Shown: positions 1 through 13,984, numbered from the stretch's first letter. The stretch is DNA of 64,000 bases from Carcharhinus amblyrhynchos (GCA_965287045.1 OZ336885.1:36208001-36272000); one strand, 5' to 3'. Notes: generated by a model from the letters alone, not told the origin. Program-made: numbers and translations.

Positions 1-920
1 CATGGACAGAGAATTGGTTAACTAACAATGAAGCAAGGAGTGAGGATAAGTTGGTGTTTTTCTGGTTGGGGCAGTCAGTGACTAATGGTGCGCCTCATGA
101 ATCAGTGTTGGGACCGCATTTGTTTACAATTTACATAGATGATTTGGAGTTGGGGAGGAAGTGTAGTGTGTGTCGAAGTTTCTGTAAGATAGTGTAGAGC
201 AAAGTGTGCAGAGGATACTGAACTTCAGCAAAGACATATAGATAGTTTACCGAGTGGATAAGGCTCTGGCAGATGGGGTACAATGTTGGTAAATGAGAGG
301 TCATATATTTTGGTCGGAATAATAGCAAAATGTACTATTATTTTAGTGGTAAAAATTTAGAGCATACTGCTATGCAGAACGACTTGGGTGTCCTTGTGCA
401 TGCATCACACAAGTTGCTTTGTAGGTGTAGCAGACAACTAATTAAGAAGACAAATGGAATTTTATCTTTCATTGCAAGAGGAATGGAGTTTAAGAACAGG
501 GAGGTTATGTTGCATCTGTATAAGCTGTAGAAGCAGGGAAGTTGCTTCCACTGACAGGTGAAACTGGAACTAGGGTGCATATCTTCAAAATAAGGGGAAG
601 CAGATTTAGGATTGAGTTAAGGAGGAACTTCTTTACATAGGGTTGTGAATATGTGGAATTCCCTGCCCAGTGAAGCAGTTAAGGCTACCTCATTAAATGT
701 ATTTATCCTTGCCTTAAAAACATTTTTGAACAGTAAAGGAATTAAGGATTATGGTGAGGATAAGTGGAGCAGAGTCCACAAAAAGATCAGCTATGATCTT
801 ATTGAATGGTGGAGCAGGTTCAAGGAGCCAGATGTCCTACTCCTGCTCCAAGTTCTTATGATTTTATTGACTAGTGGAGCAGACTTCAGGAGCCAAATGG
901 CCGCCTTCTGCTCCTAGTTC
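1..920 (+). mobile_element. Decayed CR1-clade LINE, 3' part (RT C-terminus plus 3' UTR)
   Basis: Frameshifted CR1 ORF2-like peptides (DLGVLVH, KKTNGILSFIARGMEFKNREVMLHLYK, MWNSLPSEAV), followed by a typical shark CR1 3' tail. Confidence 0.85.
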
Positions 921-921
921 T

Positions 922-1130
922 ATGGCAGATTTCCTTCCCTGAAGGACATCAGTGAACCAGATCGATTGTCACAATTATCAAAACTAGTTTCATGGCACCA
1001 TACTGAGACTACATTTCCGTTCCAGATTTATTAATTTGAATTCAAGTTCCTTCAGTTACCATGGAGGGATTGGAACAGATATACCTACATTATTAGCCTG
1101 GACCTGTGGATTGCTGGCGCAGTGACATTC
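922..1130 (-). mobile_element. tRNA-derived SINE fragment (recurrent family)
   Basis: Shares ggcagatttccttccct...ggacat(c/t)agtgaaccagat...cagtgaca with the copies at ~46100-46300 and ~46900-47320. Confidence 0.6.
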
Positions 1131-2345
1131 AGAATTAAATTAAATGAAAATGTATCTTACTGAATGTTTTCCCTGTCTGTGGCTGCTGAAGTTGTTGATT
1201 TCTTGTTGCGGTACTATTTTCTATTCACTCTCATTCCCCATTGTAGTGACTATTATCCATATGTGACACTTGGCAGCTTGTACCCTCAGCCTATTAAAAG
1301 GTGAAGAGCGTTATAGCTAAGCTTGATTCTGCTTCCCCAACACACATTCTATCCCGATGTCGCTTTTCAAGCCAGAGTTTCTAGGTGATCGGGAATGTGA
1401 TCTTGTGCAGTGTTTTCCTACAGCTTGGGTACTGAAATCAGTTGTTGTAGAATTATTGTTCTCTGGGTGATATCAATTAAATTGGCATTGACTGGAGATT
1501 GAACGTGGAACCTTCCTGGTTTGTGGCATTTACTTTTCAGGAGGCAATCTTATTTTCTGATTGAGTGATAATCAATCACTCAAAAACCCACACCCTCTCT
1601 CATCCCTTCTACTCTTTCAAGATTAAAATTAATAGCAAACATAGCAATGGAGAGAAATTGTGAAGTTGATGGGAGTCAAATGGCAATTCTTCAGCAAATG
1701 ACAGTATGTTGTAACAGCAAGAGAAATTAAAAAAGAGAAATTAGGTATTTACAATAACTGAAATTGTAAGCTTATCCCTCTAACTTCTGCCTCCAAGTTA
1801 CAAAGGATATATGAGACAGAAACAGGCCATTTAGTCCAATCCATCCATTCTAGCGTTTATGCTCTTTTTGTGTTCTCTCATCTTTTCTCAGCTAAACCTA
1901 CTAACATAACCCTTCCCCTGTTTTTCACGGTAATGCCCAGCAGTCTTAAATGCAAGTTTCATGATATTTGTACGAGCATAAATATTAATTGATGCAAACA
2001 TGATGGAAATGATGAATATTGAGACATGAAATTCACAACATTAGTCTTGTTTGCATGTACCCATCTACTTTGGACAAACAGTTCCCCAGAGTAACAGCAA
2101 AAATTGAGCTGATGCAATGGGTGAAGAGTCCTGTCTCCAACATCCCACCGCCCCCGCCCACCCCACCCCACCACCTTCCCTACCTGCTGCCCCAGTCACT
2201 GTTTTCAATTTAGATAGAGCTCCCTCCCCCTCCAGAAGATCTTGGTGAATGCAATGCAAAGTTGTATCGGTTTAGTTTCATTGTGTGTTTTTATAACTGC
2301 TCTATTGCTTTCAGGTTTTTTGTACTTTCACCCATTTGCAGATCT

Positions 2346-2897
2346 TAGAACATAGAACATTACAGCGCAGAACAGGCCCTTCGGCCCACGATGTTGCGCT
2401 GACCAGTTAAAAAACAATGACCCTCTAACCTAAACCAATCCCTTTCCATCCATAAACCTATCCACGGATCTCTTAAACACCCCCAAACTAGGCGCATTTA
2501 CAACTGCAGCAGGCAGGGCATTCCAATCCCTCACCACCCTCTGGGTAAAGAACCTACCCCTGACATCCGTCCTATAACTACCCCCTCTTAATTTAAAGCC
2601 ATGCCCCCTCGTGCTAGCTTTCTCCATCCGAGAAAAAACGCTATCACTGTCCACCCTATCTAAACCTCCAATCATCTTATATGTTTCAACAAGATCCCCT
2701 CTTAGCCGCCTTCTTTCTAACGAAAACAACCCCAAATCCCTCAGTCTCTCCTCATAGGACCTCCCCTCCATACCAGGCAACATCCTGGTAAACCTCCTCT
2801 GCACCCTCTCCAAAGCCTCCACATCCTTCCTATAATGTGGGGACCAGAACTGCACACAATACTCCAAGTGCGGCCGCACCAGAGTTGTGTACAACTT
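2346..2897 (-). mobile_element. Relatively young 5'-truncated CR1 LINE
   Basis: Uninterrupted 168-aa ORF (LYTTLVRPHLEYCVQFWSPHYRKDVEALERVQRRFTRMLPG...FFTQRVVRDWNALP); tandem tagaaca tail at ~2347-2361. Confidence 0.92.
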
Positions 2898-3026
2898 GCT
2901 GATACATCTTGTTGTACATCTTGCTCTACTCAACATGAAATCATAGACAACTTTGGTTAAAATAGTAGATTCTTAGTTTTGATGTTAAGTAAATATTTTG
3001 CGGATCTTCTAATTTTTTTATTTTAG

Positions 3027-3161
3027 ACTTTTGTGAAGATGGTTGGACAGAATGCAGCTACATTGGAGCAACAAGTGATTCAGGCAGAAAAAGATTATGG
3101 AAACTTGCCTCACGCTGTTCGTAAACTTCTACATTCAATCAATGCACCTTCGTTTCTAAAT
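3027..3161 (+). CDS. BCAS4: BCAS4 (cappuccino/BLOC1S4-like family) penultimate coding exon
   Basis: ttttag|ACT...AAT|gtaagc, 135 nt, phase 0; TFVKMVGQNAATLEQQVIQAEKDYGNLPHAVRKLLHSINAPSFLN resembles recalled vertebrate BCAS4 (AFVKMVG...LEADVLQAERDHG...PSFRN); syntenic with ADNP. Confidence 0.88.
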
Positions 3162-3523
3162 GTAAGCAGAGTGAAAACATAAAATGGAAAGCATAGTTTC
3201 GTTCAATAAATTTTAACTATCTTGTTCCTCGATCGCCTATTCAGCATAATTGTCAACATTAGGGGATAAATGTCTGGTTCTTTGACTTAAGTTTGTTAGC
3301 ATGTGTAAAGTGTGAGATTGTACCAGCTTTTAGTACCGTTGACATTGTGGTTTTAAATTTTCTGCGTCTTCTGATTTTTGTTCCTAAGGTTATTTTGTAC
3401 TAAGCCAATGCATTGGTCAAGTCACCAGTTTGTTTCTGTAAATACGGCTATATAATTTTTGCTTCTCTTCAATCCCTTTTTTGGAACTATATCACTTTTA
3501 ATGGATTTATTTTTCTGTTGCAG

Positions 3524-3643
3524 AAGAAAGGCAGCAGCTATAACCAACAGAACTCAACGTATGAGCTACCCAATTTATACAGAACTGAGGCCTATTTTCC
3601 TGAGAGTTCTAATAGGACGTACTTCAGCAAATCAAACGCCTGA
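3524..3643 (+). CDS. BCAS4: BCAS4 last coding exon
   Basis: Pyrimidine tract plus cag acceptor; KKGSSYNQQNSTYELPNLYRTEAYFPESSNRTYFSKSNA* matches the BCAS4 C-terminal YELPxLYRTExYFP motif. Confidence 0.88.
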   Translation, partial: KKGSSYNQQNSTYELPNLYRTEAYFPESSNRTYFSKSNA

Positions 3644-4010
3644 TTGTGATGATGTTTCCCACAAGCTAGAAGGACAGTATTCATCAAGAATACACCACTT
3701 GCATTGAGACAAAGAACATAGATGAACAGATTACTGCAAGTGTTGTACAGTTTGTTTTGTCACCCAATTCCATTTGAATGAAAGGTGGCATGTGCACTAT
3801 TGAATTTATGGAGATGTTTTCTGTGACATATAATACTACATTTTTGGGATACTCTAAGTTAGCAGTGAAATATTCCAAAAGCTCAAAATGGCAGTAGTCA
3901 CAACCTACCAATACTGCATGTAATACAGAACATCTGTCTGTTAGCTATTACATAACTAACCTGGTCAGCAAGACCAGGATTTTACACTCACAAAGCCACT
4001 AAGTGGCTGG

Positions 4011-4482
4011 AGGCGAAACTTCTGCCCCCATCTGCAGAGGAGGTCTCTGGGTGCAGCAGCTCCATCAAGAACAGTGGCTACAGGTGGAACAGCAGCCAGT
4101 CCACCAACTAAACTTGTCTGGATGGGGACTGGGATTGCCAGGGTCATGCTGGCAGGCACTGGTGAAGTGGGTGGAGGGCAGGGTGGATTGGCTTTGGGGG
4201 AAGGGAAATGGGAAGGTGGAGGAAAACCTGAGGAGGTGGGCTCTTGACAGTCCTGGGGGCCTGTAAAGAAGAAACACTGCTTTCTTTGCCTTCCACAAGT
4301 CCAAGAAATGAAAGCTTCTGGGCTTCACACTTGACAGGGGCCTCTGCTTGCCGTGGGAAAATTGCAGCAGGGGTGGAGGGAGGGAAGCTCTTGAGCCTCA
4401 GTTGGTCTACAGCCCAATACCTCTATTTTCAGCAGATTGGGTAGGCATCCCTATGCGCTGCGGAAGCGTAGAATTTGGCCCC
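4011..4482. mobile_element. GC-rich non-autonomous DNA-transposon-like insertion
   Basis: Abrupt GC-rich block bounded by imperfect inverted ends (ggcgaaacttct ... agaatttggccc). Confidence 0.4.
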
Positions 4483-4575
4483 AGGTTTCAAAATGATACT
4501 TTTAAAATTTTTTCCCTTCATAACACAAATGATCATATTATGAATGTGAAGAGATACATTTGAAGTGAATTCAGA

Positions 4576-4581
4576 AATAAA
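4576..4581 (+). terminator. Candidate BCAS4 polyadenylation signal
   Basis: AATAAA ~930 nt after the stop codon, followed by a GT-rich stretch (gctgtgttgttttc). Confidence 0.4.
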
Positions 4582-7500
4582 GTCAAGCTGTGTTGTTTTC
4601 AATTATGTGAAGCAATGTACCTTGAAAAATGAAGTAGAATTTTCCACAGGTATGTAAACACAATCCATTTTATTTCACCACTACTGTAGACAAAGGCACA
4701 GTACCACAACAGATCAATATACAAGATCTTCTCATGATCAGCATCCAAGGTGCCTCTAAACCGATGGTCTTAGAAAAAGGTGTATAAACAGAAGCATCAG
4801 AGTTCATTTGCTGTGTAAGATTTAACAAAGCCTGGTCAGTACTGCATCTTCAGCACTGGTTCACTTGGATCTCTGCCTCATGTTTTGCCTTTTACACTTC
4901 AACCTGCGCATGTGCTTCTTCTGCCACTTCGCTCTCATGTCGACAAGGATCTCAAAAAGCTTGGATAAATTTCTGATGTGGTACCGTTGTTTAACATTCC
5001 TGATGTACCTATAACATTGAATATAACGTTGAAATTTACAGCCTTTCAAGCATGAAGTATTTACTAATCAATGTGTGTGAAAATGTAAATATAAAAGAAC
5101 ATTTTTCCTGTTAAGGGAGAAGATTAGAAATTTTATTTTCCAGTAAAGTACTCAAGTCAAACATCATTTGTCTTTTTCCATAAGTCCTATTTCTTGTTGC
5201 AGGATGTGAAGCTGAACCACCCTCATGATTGTGAGAAAGACCAAATTCAAATATGGGAGAGGCATAAAAATCAAAACAAGAAAATAGAGAAAACATATTG
5301 TATGGAAAGAACAAGTTGGTTGATTATTGTCATGCAGTCAAAATTCAGATGGCTATACAGATCGAAATCAGTCGCATACAACTGTTTTAGTGCGATCCTA
5401 TCTATCATGAGAATAAGATAATCTTTATCCTTTTTCCACTAAAGTTTGTGTTTTCTAATAGCAATACAACTGCCTCAAATTTTCACGTGACTTTGTGTTG
5501 TAGGAGAGCAGCTGTTTTACATCATTACAATGATGGGTAAGAACTATCTGTTTAATACACACTTTCTGCTGACTAACCACATTACAATTCTCGTCCAGTG
5601 ATGCAGAAGCACAAAAAGCCCCTCTTCCTAACAAGTGGTGAAGCCACAGTCAGAAATTTGGCAGCAGTTAGAGTGTTATTGATAGAAGATACAAACTCCA
5701 GTGAAACTGCAATGGAAAGGTTAGTTAAGTATTTATGATACAGGAAATAAATGATTGACAGGTTTGCATTGTAAAAATGGAGCTTGTGTCCCTTGTTTAC
5801 TTAAGTTTAATTAGTGTGAAACTGCACTTGTTGCCTGTGCTCAGGTTGCTGAAAGGTAGTACAGTATCTAATCCAAGTAAAATCTGTCTGTTTTGCCAGC
5901 GTGATTAAAATTTGGCTCCAACTATATTTTTTGGTCACTAAAATGTGTGCAATTTAAAAATCAGCAAATGCTCAAAATTTGCGCCTGAGGTTTATATATT
6001 GCAATAATTTATTTTCTCTGTAGTACGAACAAAATGTTGGTAGTAATATCCTTATTGGGAATGTAGAATATTATTTCCTATGATTTTGCAGAGCAGACAT
6101 ATTTTATGCTGACACACCTCTTTGTCTCACATCCATTGTTTAGAGTCAGTGGCCTTCTCATCTATGCAAGTTGACTCTTTGCATTATGCCATTTTTTATA
6201 CACAAATTAGAGCCAGACTAATTAAATGATTGTATAAAATAGAAAATCACATGGTCAGAATTGAATTACAGGCATATATTGAGCATTGGGGTATTTTGAA
6301 TAAGTTCTATATATCCACTATGGGAAAGTTACTGAATTTCATATTGAAGTCAGTATTACACATTACATAAATGATTTAATTTCAAATGTTAACATTTTCT
6401 ATGTTCTTAATTTCCTAATGTGATAGATTTGAATAAGATTAGATAAATTATACTGTGAATTGCATTTTGAATGTATATATGTTTCTAGAAATAGAAAAAA
6501 AGTTACCTTATACTATTAGAGCAGTATTTTCCTTTAATTTTCCATCCAAAGATGATATTGTTATCTTAACTAATTAGTTTCTGTAACTGGGGTAAAGGAA
6601 CAAAAAAAGTGCAATTTTATTTATAATTCCAATTTTTAAGTTACTGCAAATAATTGTAACCAAGTTCTAATATTTTTGAATGGAGTTGCTCATTATTTTG
6701 GAATCGGATGTCCCTTATGTTCGCTGTGTTCGCTACATGAATGGGAAAGATACTTACCATCCAGATGCTTAATTGTTTGACATATTCATTTTCTGAACTA
6801 GTGGCAGTACAGATATATCCACTGAACTTGGGTTCTACAGGGTGTTAGACCGTTTTTGTGTCTGAACATGTTTGATGCTTTCAGCTTCAAAAATTAACAA
6901 TGTATAAGAATTTTCAGCCAGGGCTGTAAAGTTGTTTCAAGTCCCACTTCAAAAACAGGATGTTCAACTGTAGTTGTGTGCTGGTTGTGAGCACCAGAAT
7001 TATTCATGTAGGGACATCTGTAACATTCTCCTCAAGTACAGATGACTTATTAACAACTTTGTTATGTATGAGATAGAAGTTGGTAGATAGATTAAGAAGG
7101 ATGGAAATGTATTAAATCTCGAAGGGTAGATGACAGTGAAAGCAATATGTCAAAATCTAGGTAGGAAATTTGCACATTGACAATCATTCTGAGGGATTCA
7201 CTAGATACCTGGGAAGTAAAAGCAGATCCATACATGGAGTGGGTTTCCAACTGTAGCAGAGTCTAGATGTCTGGACAATGTGTTGCCATGGCTCACGGAC
7301 AAATAAAAGCTAGTGATTTTGACTGCGGCTATTGAATTTTCTTTTTTGTATCAGGCTGTGAATATAGTAATGTAGTTGTGATGCTCATTACAGTGAGTCT
7401 AAACATGTCTCATCCAATGTTCCAATAAGTGTGCTTCGTAGCAAGATAATCAGGAGTGGGAATCCTGACCAATTTGTGTGGACGTCTCTTAAGAAACGTA

Positions 7501-8525
7501 AGAAATAGGAGTAGGAGCAGGAGTAGTCATTCAGCCCTTCAAGCCCACTCTGTCGTTCAATGAGATCATCTCTGATCTGTTATTTTGACATGATTTTCCT
7601 TCTCTCAGCCCCACCCCAACTGCACAAAGGTTAATTTTATATCTCTTAGCACCACTTTGGTTGAAACTAGCACAGCTCCTGATATTTTCTCCTTTGCTTT
7701 AGTGTTCATTTTAGCTTTATTACACTGGTGTAGAGTACTTTGGGATAATTAAATATTATTAAATGTTAAATGTGCTATATAAATCCAAGTTGTTTGAATG
7801 GTTTTGTTCTGTTGAATATTGGATCTGGTTCTTAACCATTATACTGGCTTTTATGTTTCATAATCATCCCATATTTGTTCAGAAAACAAAGTTTTCTCCT
7901 AACCCCTAAGTCAGATTATCAGATTGTCATATTCTGATGTTAGCCACTTTTTTACGCGTGGCATGTTGGACATTTCATGTGTCAAAAAGCCAAACCAGAA
8001 CATTAAATATTTAAGGTAAAGTGAGACTAGTGTCAGATGTAGAATGAAACGATACTGAGGCAGAGCTATCGTCAAGATTATATCTCTAATATATTTCTAG
8101 AATAAGAATGTTTCTGTACATTCTACATCGTCTGCTTCATTTCCAGAAATAACATTCATAATTTATAGAATATTGATTGTGTGATCAGTGTACGTTTCTC
8201 CATTCCTCCCATTTGCAGGTGCCTTTAGAATCATAGCGTTTATAAAGAAAAATAGACTATAGGATGTCTTTATTATGCTTTAGTTGACTTTACTGTTCTA
8301 ATTGTTTAAAAAGAGCAAATTACATAAGTAAGAGTAGAGAAAATTTGATTTTGGTGCATTTTTATCGTTAATGTTGCCAAATATTTTGAAGTACCAGACT
8401 TACTTTTAATCTCTTGTCATGAATGTGTAATTATAAAATTAGATTTTAAGGACCACTATTTTAAATGTGCATTTTGACCTTAACATATTTTTATGATCTC
8501 TAGAGCTGTGAAGAATCATTTAAAA

Positions 8526-9300
8526 TGTATAAGACCCCTCCATGGATGTCCATTGTATTCTCTAAAAGGATATGAAAAACTTGTAGTTTCTGAAAAAAAA
8601 CAGGAGGCAGGAAGAGACTTCAAAGGACCAGCTTTGCCTGGTGAAACAATAGCTCCTTGAAATATAACTTAATGGCCATTTTGTTGTTTTTTAAATGTAT
8701 AAAGAGGCTGTAGGAAACCATCTTGTGTGGCAGTGTGAGACTCAATAGCAGCACACAGCTCTTAGGTGAAACAGCTGTGAATTTCCGAGGTACATAGAGG
8801 GGTTTTATCTCTGTCACTGGTTGTCCAAGAAGAAAGGTTTAAGAAATCAACTGCTGTTCTGCAAAAGATCCAGGCAATCTTCAAGTGACGTAACTGCAGT
8901 AGTAGTGGTCATAAGGAATCATCTCCCTCTCTCCCAGAGAGAGGCAAAAACCTCAGAAGCCATCGAAAACTGAACCTCAAGTTTCAACTCCTACATTCAG
9001 AAAGAAGAACGTAAGTAATAGATCCACAAGACATCTCACAAACATGAATTTCAAATCAGTCTCAAGTATCATTTTGTCTTTATTTGCTTTTAATCTTATT
9101 TATATTTTAGTTAATAACTTTATTTTTTTTGTTGAGTAACTTCTAGCAGTAGTTTTGTAATAAACTAATCTTTTATTGTGTTTAAGACTAAAACTTGTCT
9201 GCTGGGTTACTTTTAAATGGAACTGTTCAAATTAAAAGAGGCACCACATAACATTTAGTTCATGAACGAATTTGAGGAAATATCTTTTATGTGATCATAA
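8526..9300 (+). mobile_element. Possible solo LTR
   Basis: Begins TGT; contains a TATA-like gtataaaag (~8697), a T-rich stretch and AATAAA (~9159); the right end is unclear. Confidence 0.3.
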
Positions 9301-10619
9301 AGTCTCCATTGTTTTGATCTTTGCTATGTTGGAGTTCTACATATGCTGTCAGTATCTTGCCTAGTTGGTCATTGTAATAAAGGTGAAGCATATTTCTGTT
9401 AGATTAATTATCAGAGACTTGCTGAATAAAAGGAGGCAAATGCACAGTAAGATATGTCAGTAAATGTATGAATGCAACAGATATTGTAAGCAAGATGTCA
9501 GAACTGGAGGCAGAAGAAAACTATGATGTAATAGGAATATCAGCAACATGGCTAAATTCAGAGAATGGAAATGAATATAACTTGCAGGTGTGTTCAAAGA
9601 TGACAGAGTGGACTGAAAAGGAAGTAGTGTAGCCATGACTGGAAGAATGGAAGAAACTTTAACCACAGAATATCTAAGGTCATCATGATCTGGGATTAGT
9701 CTATGTTTGGCTCTTTCTTGCTTTCCAAAGTGGATCTTTGTGCTCTAATCTTGCCCACAGGAAATTGAAGTTTTGGTGCATGTTCTTGCCTGTAATGAAT
9801 TCTCTGAAATTTTCTTTAAATTTCAACATAAATGTATGTTCCAACTCAGGATGTAAACTTAAGTTTGGGAATGAGATTTCCCAATTGTCCCCAGTCATGT
9901 GAATAATAGTTTTAAAAGTTGTTCGCTCACCATAAAATTCCTTGTGGGTAATTTCACAATGTTATTGTAAGGTGACTATTAAGTTATGAATGTACTTTAA
10001 AAGCAACACTTCAACATAAATAATTTTGACTGTTTTCCATTAAAATAATCTAAGTATAACAATTCTAGTTTAATTCTGACCAAAAAATTGAGAACTCTCA
10101 TTTTAATATTTCATTATTCTTATATTTATTAGTAATACAGATAACTTAGAAAATAACAGTCAATATTGTTCAGAAGGCAAGGACCAACCCCCTAAACCTC
10201 TACATAAACCTAAACATAGGAACAGGAGGCTTCAAGTATGTTCCACCATCCAAAAGCTGAGACTGGACTCCATACGTTTGCATGTTTTCCCATATCTCTC
10301 AACACCTTTAGTTAACAGTTGACTCAGTGTCAACTGCAGTTTGTGGGAGTATGTTGCAACTTCTATCACCCTTTGTGAATTTCCTAACTTCACTTTTTAA
10401 TTTTAGTATATATCCCCAGTCTTAGATTTTAGTAAATCTATGCCACACTCCCTCCAGGGCCAATATACTCTTCCATAGAAACAGTACCCAAAACTATTCA
10501 TAGCAGCTTACCCCAGATGTAATCTAACCAGAGCATTGCACTGCAGCTTACATTAACACTATACTGAAGTTGCTGTGAAACTCCCCTAGTCACCATACTC
10601 TGGCACCTGTTCGGTTACA

Positions 10620-10812
10620 GAGGGAGAATTAAGCATGGCCAATGCACCTGTAACCAGCACATCTTTCAGACTGTGGGAGGGAATCAGAGCAGCCAGAGGA
10701 ATCCCATGCAGCCATAGGAAGAATATGTAGACTCAACACAGTGACCCAAGCTGAAATCAAACCTGGGTCCTGGTGCTGTGAGGCAGCAAGGCTTATCATG
10801 GTGCCACATTGC
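10620..10812 (-). mobile_element. HE1/V-SINE (degenerate)
   Basis: Reverse complement of the element at 59557-59860 (gcatggccaat..., ctgtgggag, gtgacccaagc, ctgtgaggcagca). Confidence 0.75.
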
Positions 10813-10964
10813 CATAGTATTCAGAGCTTTATCTTTTAAGGTCCAAAGAGGATGATCCCACACTTGTGTATATTGAAATCCATTTGTCAGTTTTGTACAT
10901 TGGTTTAATCTATTGCTATGCCTTTGTAACCTTCACTTCCATTTACATGGTTGCCTGTCTTTTG

Positions 10965-11647
10965 AGTATGAGGTTAGTGTACCTTTGAGTTTTTTAAATC
11001 ATGGTCACAACCTTCGATAATGTCATTGTTGGAAGGAGGAAAGAAACTGGGAGGTCAGGTGACCAAAGTTTTTCGGCTTTCAGTTTCATTTTGGCTGCAG
11101 TGTTAGATGCAGTCTTAGAAGCAAGCTGGAAAAGAAGTATTTTTCTCGCTCTGTTTTGCTTTGAATTTCTACCAGTTAACTGAAAGAAAGGCTTGTCATG
11201 CTGCAGCAAAGAAATCATGCTGGGGGCGGTGGTGGGAGAGGGGTTGCTGATGCAACTACATACTGCTCTGAGTTTTCAAGATCATTTGAAATCAACATTC
11301 AGCCCAAGGAACTTGATCCCGGTATCAAATGAGCATTAGTCTGCGCTGTGTCAAACGTGTGAAAAGGATCTTTTGTTGTCTATGGGTTTTGGTTTTAATT
11401 GGAACATATTACAGGTATTCATTCAATTATGCATTATAGTGGTTGTTTTGTTTCTTGTTTGTAATTGATAAAAGTTCTTGCAATTTTTTTTACTATACAT
11501 GTTAATTATATTCTTAAATAAACTTTGATTAAAAACGCCCTAGTTGGTCACTTGAATTATACCCGAAGTGAAACACCTCATGCTTATCCTAGCCAAATTC
11601 AAAAATGCAAAACCTGTGGGCTTCAGTTTCTAACCTGAACCATAACA
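10965..11647 (+). mobile_element. Probable solo LTR inserted into a CR1 relic
   Basis: Ends ...cataaca with AATAAA near 11517; splits a minus-strand CR1 fragment; tgag occurs at both flanks (possible 4-bp TSD). Confidence 0.45.
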
Positions 11648-12420
11648 TGAGTCATTGGCAAACTTGGATATATGGATCTCTATTCTATCACAAAAGTTGT
11701 TAATTGCAGTGACTAATTGAGGCCTCAACATTTCGCTGCAGGACTGTATAAAGCATATTATCCCAGTGAGAGTAGGGATAAAGGGTAGCTAAGTAGCAGG
11801 AGACAGTCTCCCAAACAGATAAATAATTTTCCTCAGATCCATGAGCATCAGCTTTAGAAAACAGACTTTTATGAGACTTATGCTCTCTGGAAGTCCATAA
11901 AAATAAAATCCTTAGACATTCCTCTGCCCACTTCTTATGTCACCCTTTCAAAAGAATGCAATCAGATTGTCAGGCATAACCTGTCTTTTAGAAAACTATG
12001 CTGGCTGTCTGATCAGCTGGAAATTTAAAATGTCCAGTTACTACCCTTAATGATAGACCCTGGACTACAAATATCAACCCATGGTTTATAATTGCCTGGG
12101 TTTCCCTCTCCCACCTTTCTTAAATAGCAGAATAATAGGTTCAATTTTCCAATTTAAAAGGAGCAATTCCTGAAGAGAAATTTGGCACATCACTAGGGAC
12201 ATCTGTAATGTTCATACCTACTTTGTTCAAAGCTCTAGGAATGCAAACCATCAAGCCCTGGAGATACGTCAGTTTCCGCTGGCATTATTTTCGGCATAAC
12301 TCTGACTTTGTTTACATTAATTTCAGTGAGTCCCTGATCCTGAATTAATATTAGTCTCCTTGGGATGTTCAACATTCTGTTCTTTTCTTATATTGTAAAT
12401 ACTGATGCTACAATTCTCAG
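11648..12420 (-). mobile_element. Old CR1 LINE RT fragment
   Basis: Reverse-complement CR1 RT signatures (gtcattggcaaacttgga, ctctggaagtccataaa, ccatcaagccctgga ~ SPGLDG). Confidence 0.65.
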
Positions 12421-12459
12421 AATCCAGGACTATAGCTTACCAAGAGATAATTTTTAATT

Positions 12460-13900
12460 CTACACTCTTGCAAAACGTTTGCCTAACAGGAGCTTTCATT
12501 GACAATCCAGATGGGAGATATAAAATTTGTAATAATGGAGAAAAAAATAATATATGGCAAGGCTTGAATTGTTAAAATGCTCATGACAATTGAACATCCC
12601 AACCATTAGCACAATGTTGGAAAATGACTTTGGTTTGGCTTCCATGAAATTATACCACAAAGTGTAACATTCATGATAACGTATTACTTTTTACTACTTT
12701 TTAAAAACACAAATACATGATAAGGACTGTTTCCAATAGGAACATTTAAGAAATGCTACCACTCAAAACAATTAAATATTTCCTAGGCAAGGAAAGACTT
12801 TCAAATTCCAATTCAATAGACTTTTACAACCTACCATTTTGAAAAAGGGGGGGGGGGTTGGGTAGAGAGGGGATTTCCTGATGATTATATTCTATTGCTC
12901 CTCCTATAGATAATTATTTGTTAAGAGGATGCCAGGGAATTCCGAAAGTTATCATTTCCACACATCAGATTCAAGGTCAACTTTAGATAACTGGAAGGAA
13001 AATTCTTAAGGTTCCACTATGAAATCAGCTTTGATAGTCTCAACATATTCCTGGTGGGCACAAACCAAATGCAAAAAACTACCCCAAATTTGCCACAATT
13101 AGCAACTGTTGCTCAGATACCATAAGAGTGGCTGATCTAACAGAAGCAGCTCTTGGGTCGTGTTGAGTTAGTAGATCTATTTTTCTTTTATGCTATATCC
13201 AACTTCTGAATGTTTTGATTGCTTCCATCACCTAATAACTCTTTTCAGTCCTCAAATCAATTTCTAAGCTCATAGTTAGATTTCATTAAAAGATGGTTCT
13301 GCAAATCTTGACAGCTGCAATACTATCTTCATATTTTGTCACATATAACCCATCCAACATTGGTCCACTCTTGCGCTATTGTGTATAATATTCCAAGACT
13401 CAGTTATCTTTTTCATTTTCAAACAGCATACAAGTAACGAGTCTGCTGTGCAAATTTTTGATTCGTAGATTGTGCTGTTACTGTATTTTGAGATACTTTC
13501 ATGTCAACTTTTAACAACTCTTTTAATCACTTCCAATTTAATTCTTTGCTATGAATTGTTGCCATAATTTTATTCATGTTTTTCACTGTATGACACTTGT
13601 CCAAAACTTTCAACCATGCCTACATTTTGATAGGTCAGTTTGAAGCCAGTACTACAAAATTCTGCAATCTATATCAATGGAAGTTCAGTGGTGATAGCAT
13701 TTCAACGAGTGTGTGATACTTTGAAAGGAACTCAGTGTAATTTGAAGCAGGAGTCATTTATTTAAATTCATCGATAAACCCATTAACAATATTATTTTCA
13801 TTGTAGCAACCTTTATTCCTGGCTGCTTTGCTTTTCTTTTCCGTTAACAAAAAGGATACTCATGTAAAAGTCCAAGTTTCTAAGGCTAAATCTTTAGCCA
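12460..13900 (-). mobile_element. Possible highly decayed hAT transposase relic
   Basis: Minus-strand fragments PFKVSHTR*NA (~13700; TRW-like motif) and LWYNFMEAKPKSFSNIVLMVG (~12600-12665; like the dimerisation domain); no long ORF. Confidence 0.3.
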
Positions 13901-13984
13901 AAAAAGGTGATGACTTTTACATGAGGAATAGCTTAGTGAGATTGAAATTCATCTTATGGTTTGAAGTTATTTACTAGATATCTG

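Noticed and set aside
4650-5049. Basic 62-aa minus-strand ORF or possible antisense terminal exon with AATAAA near 4670
   Set aside because: No recognisable homology or partner exons; the splice and polyA signals could be chance
5500-5725. Plus-strand splice-like signals (possible alternative BCAS4 3' exons)
   Set aside because: The implied intron is only ~60 nt and there is no coding similarity; unsupported without RNA data
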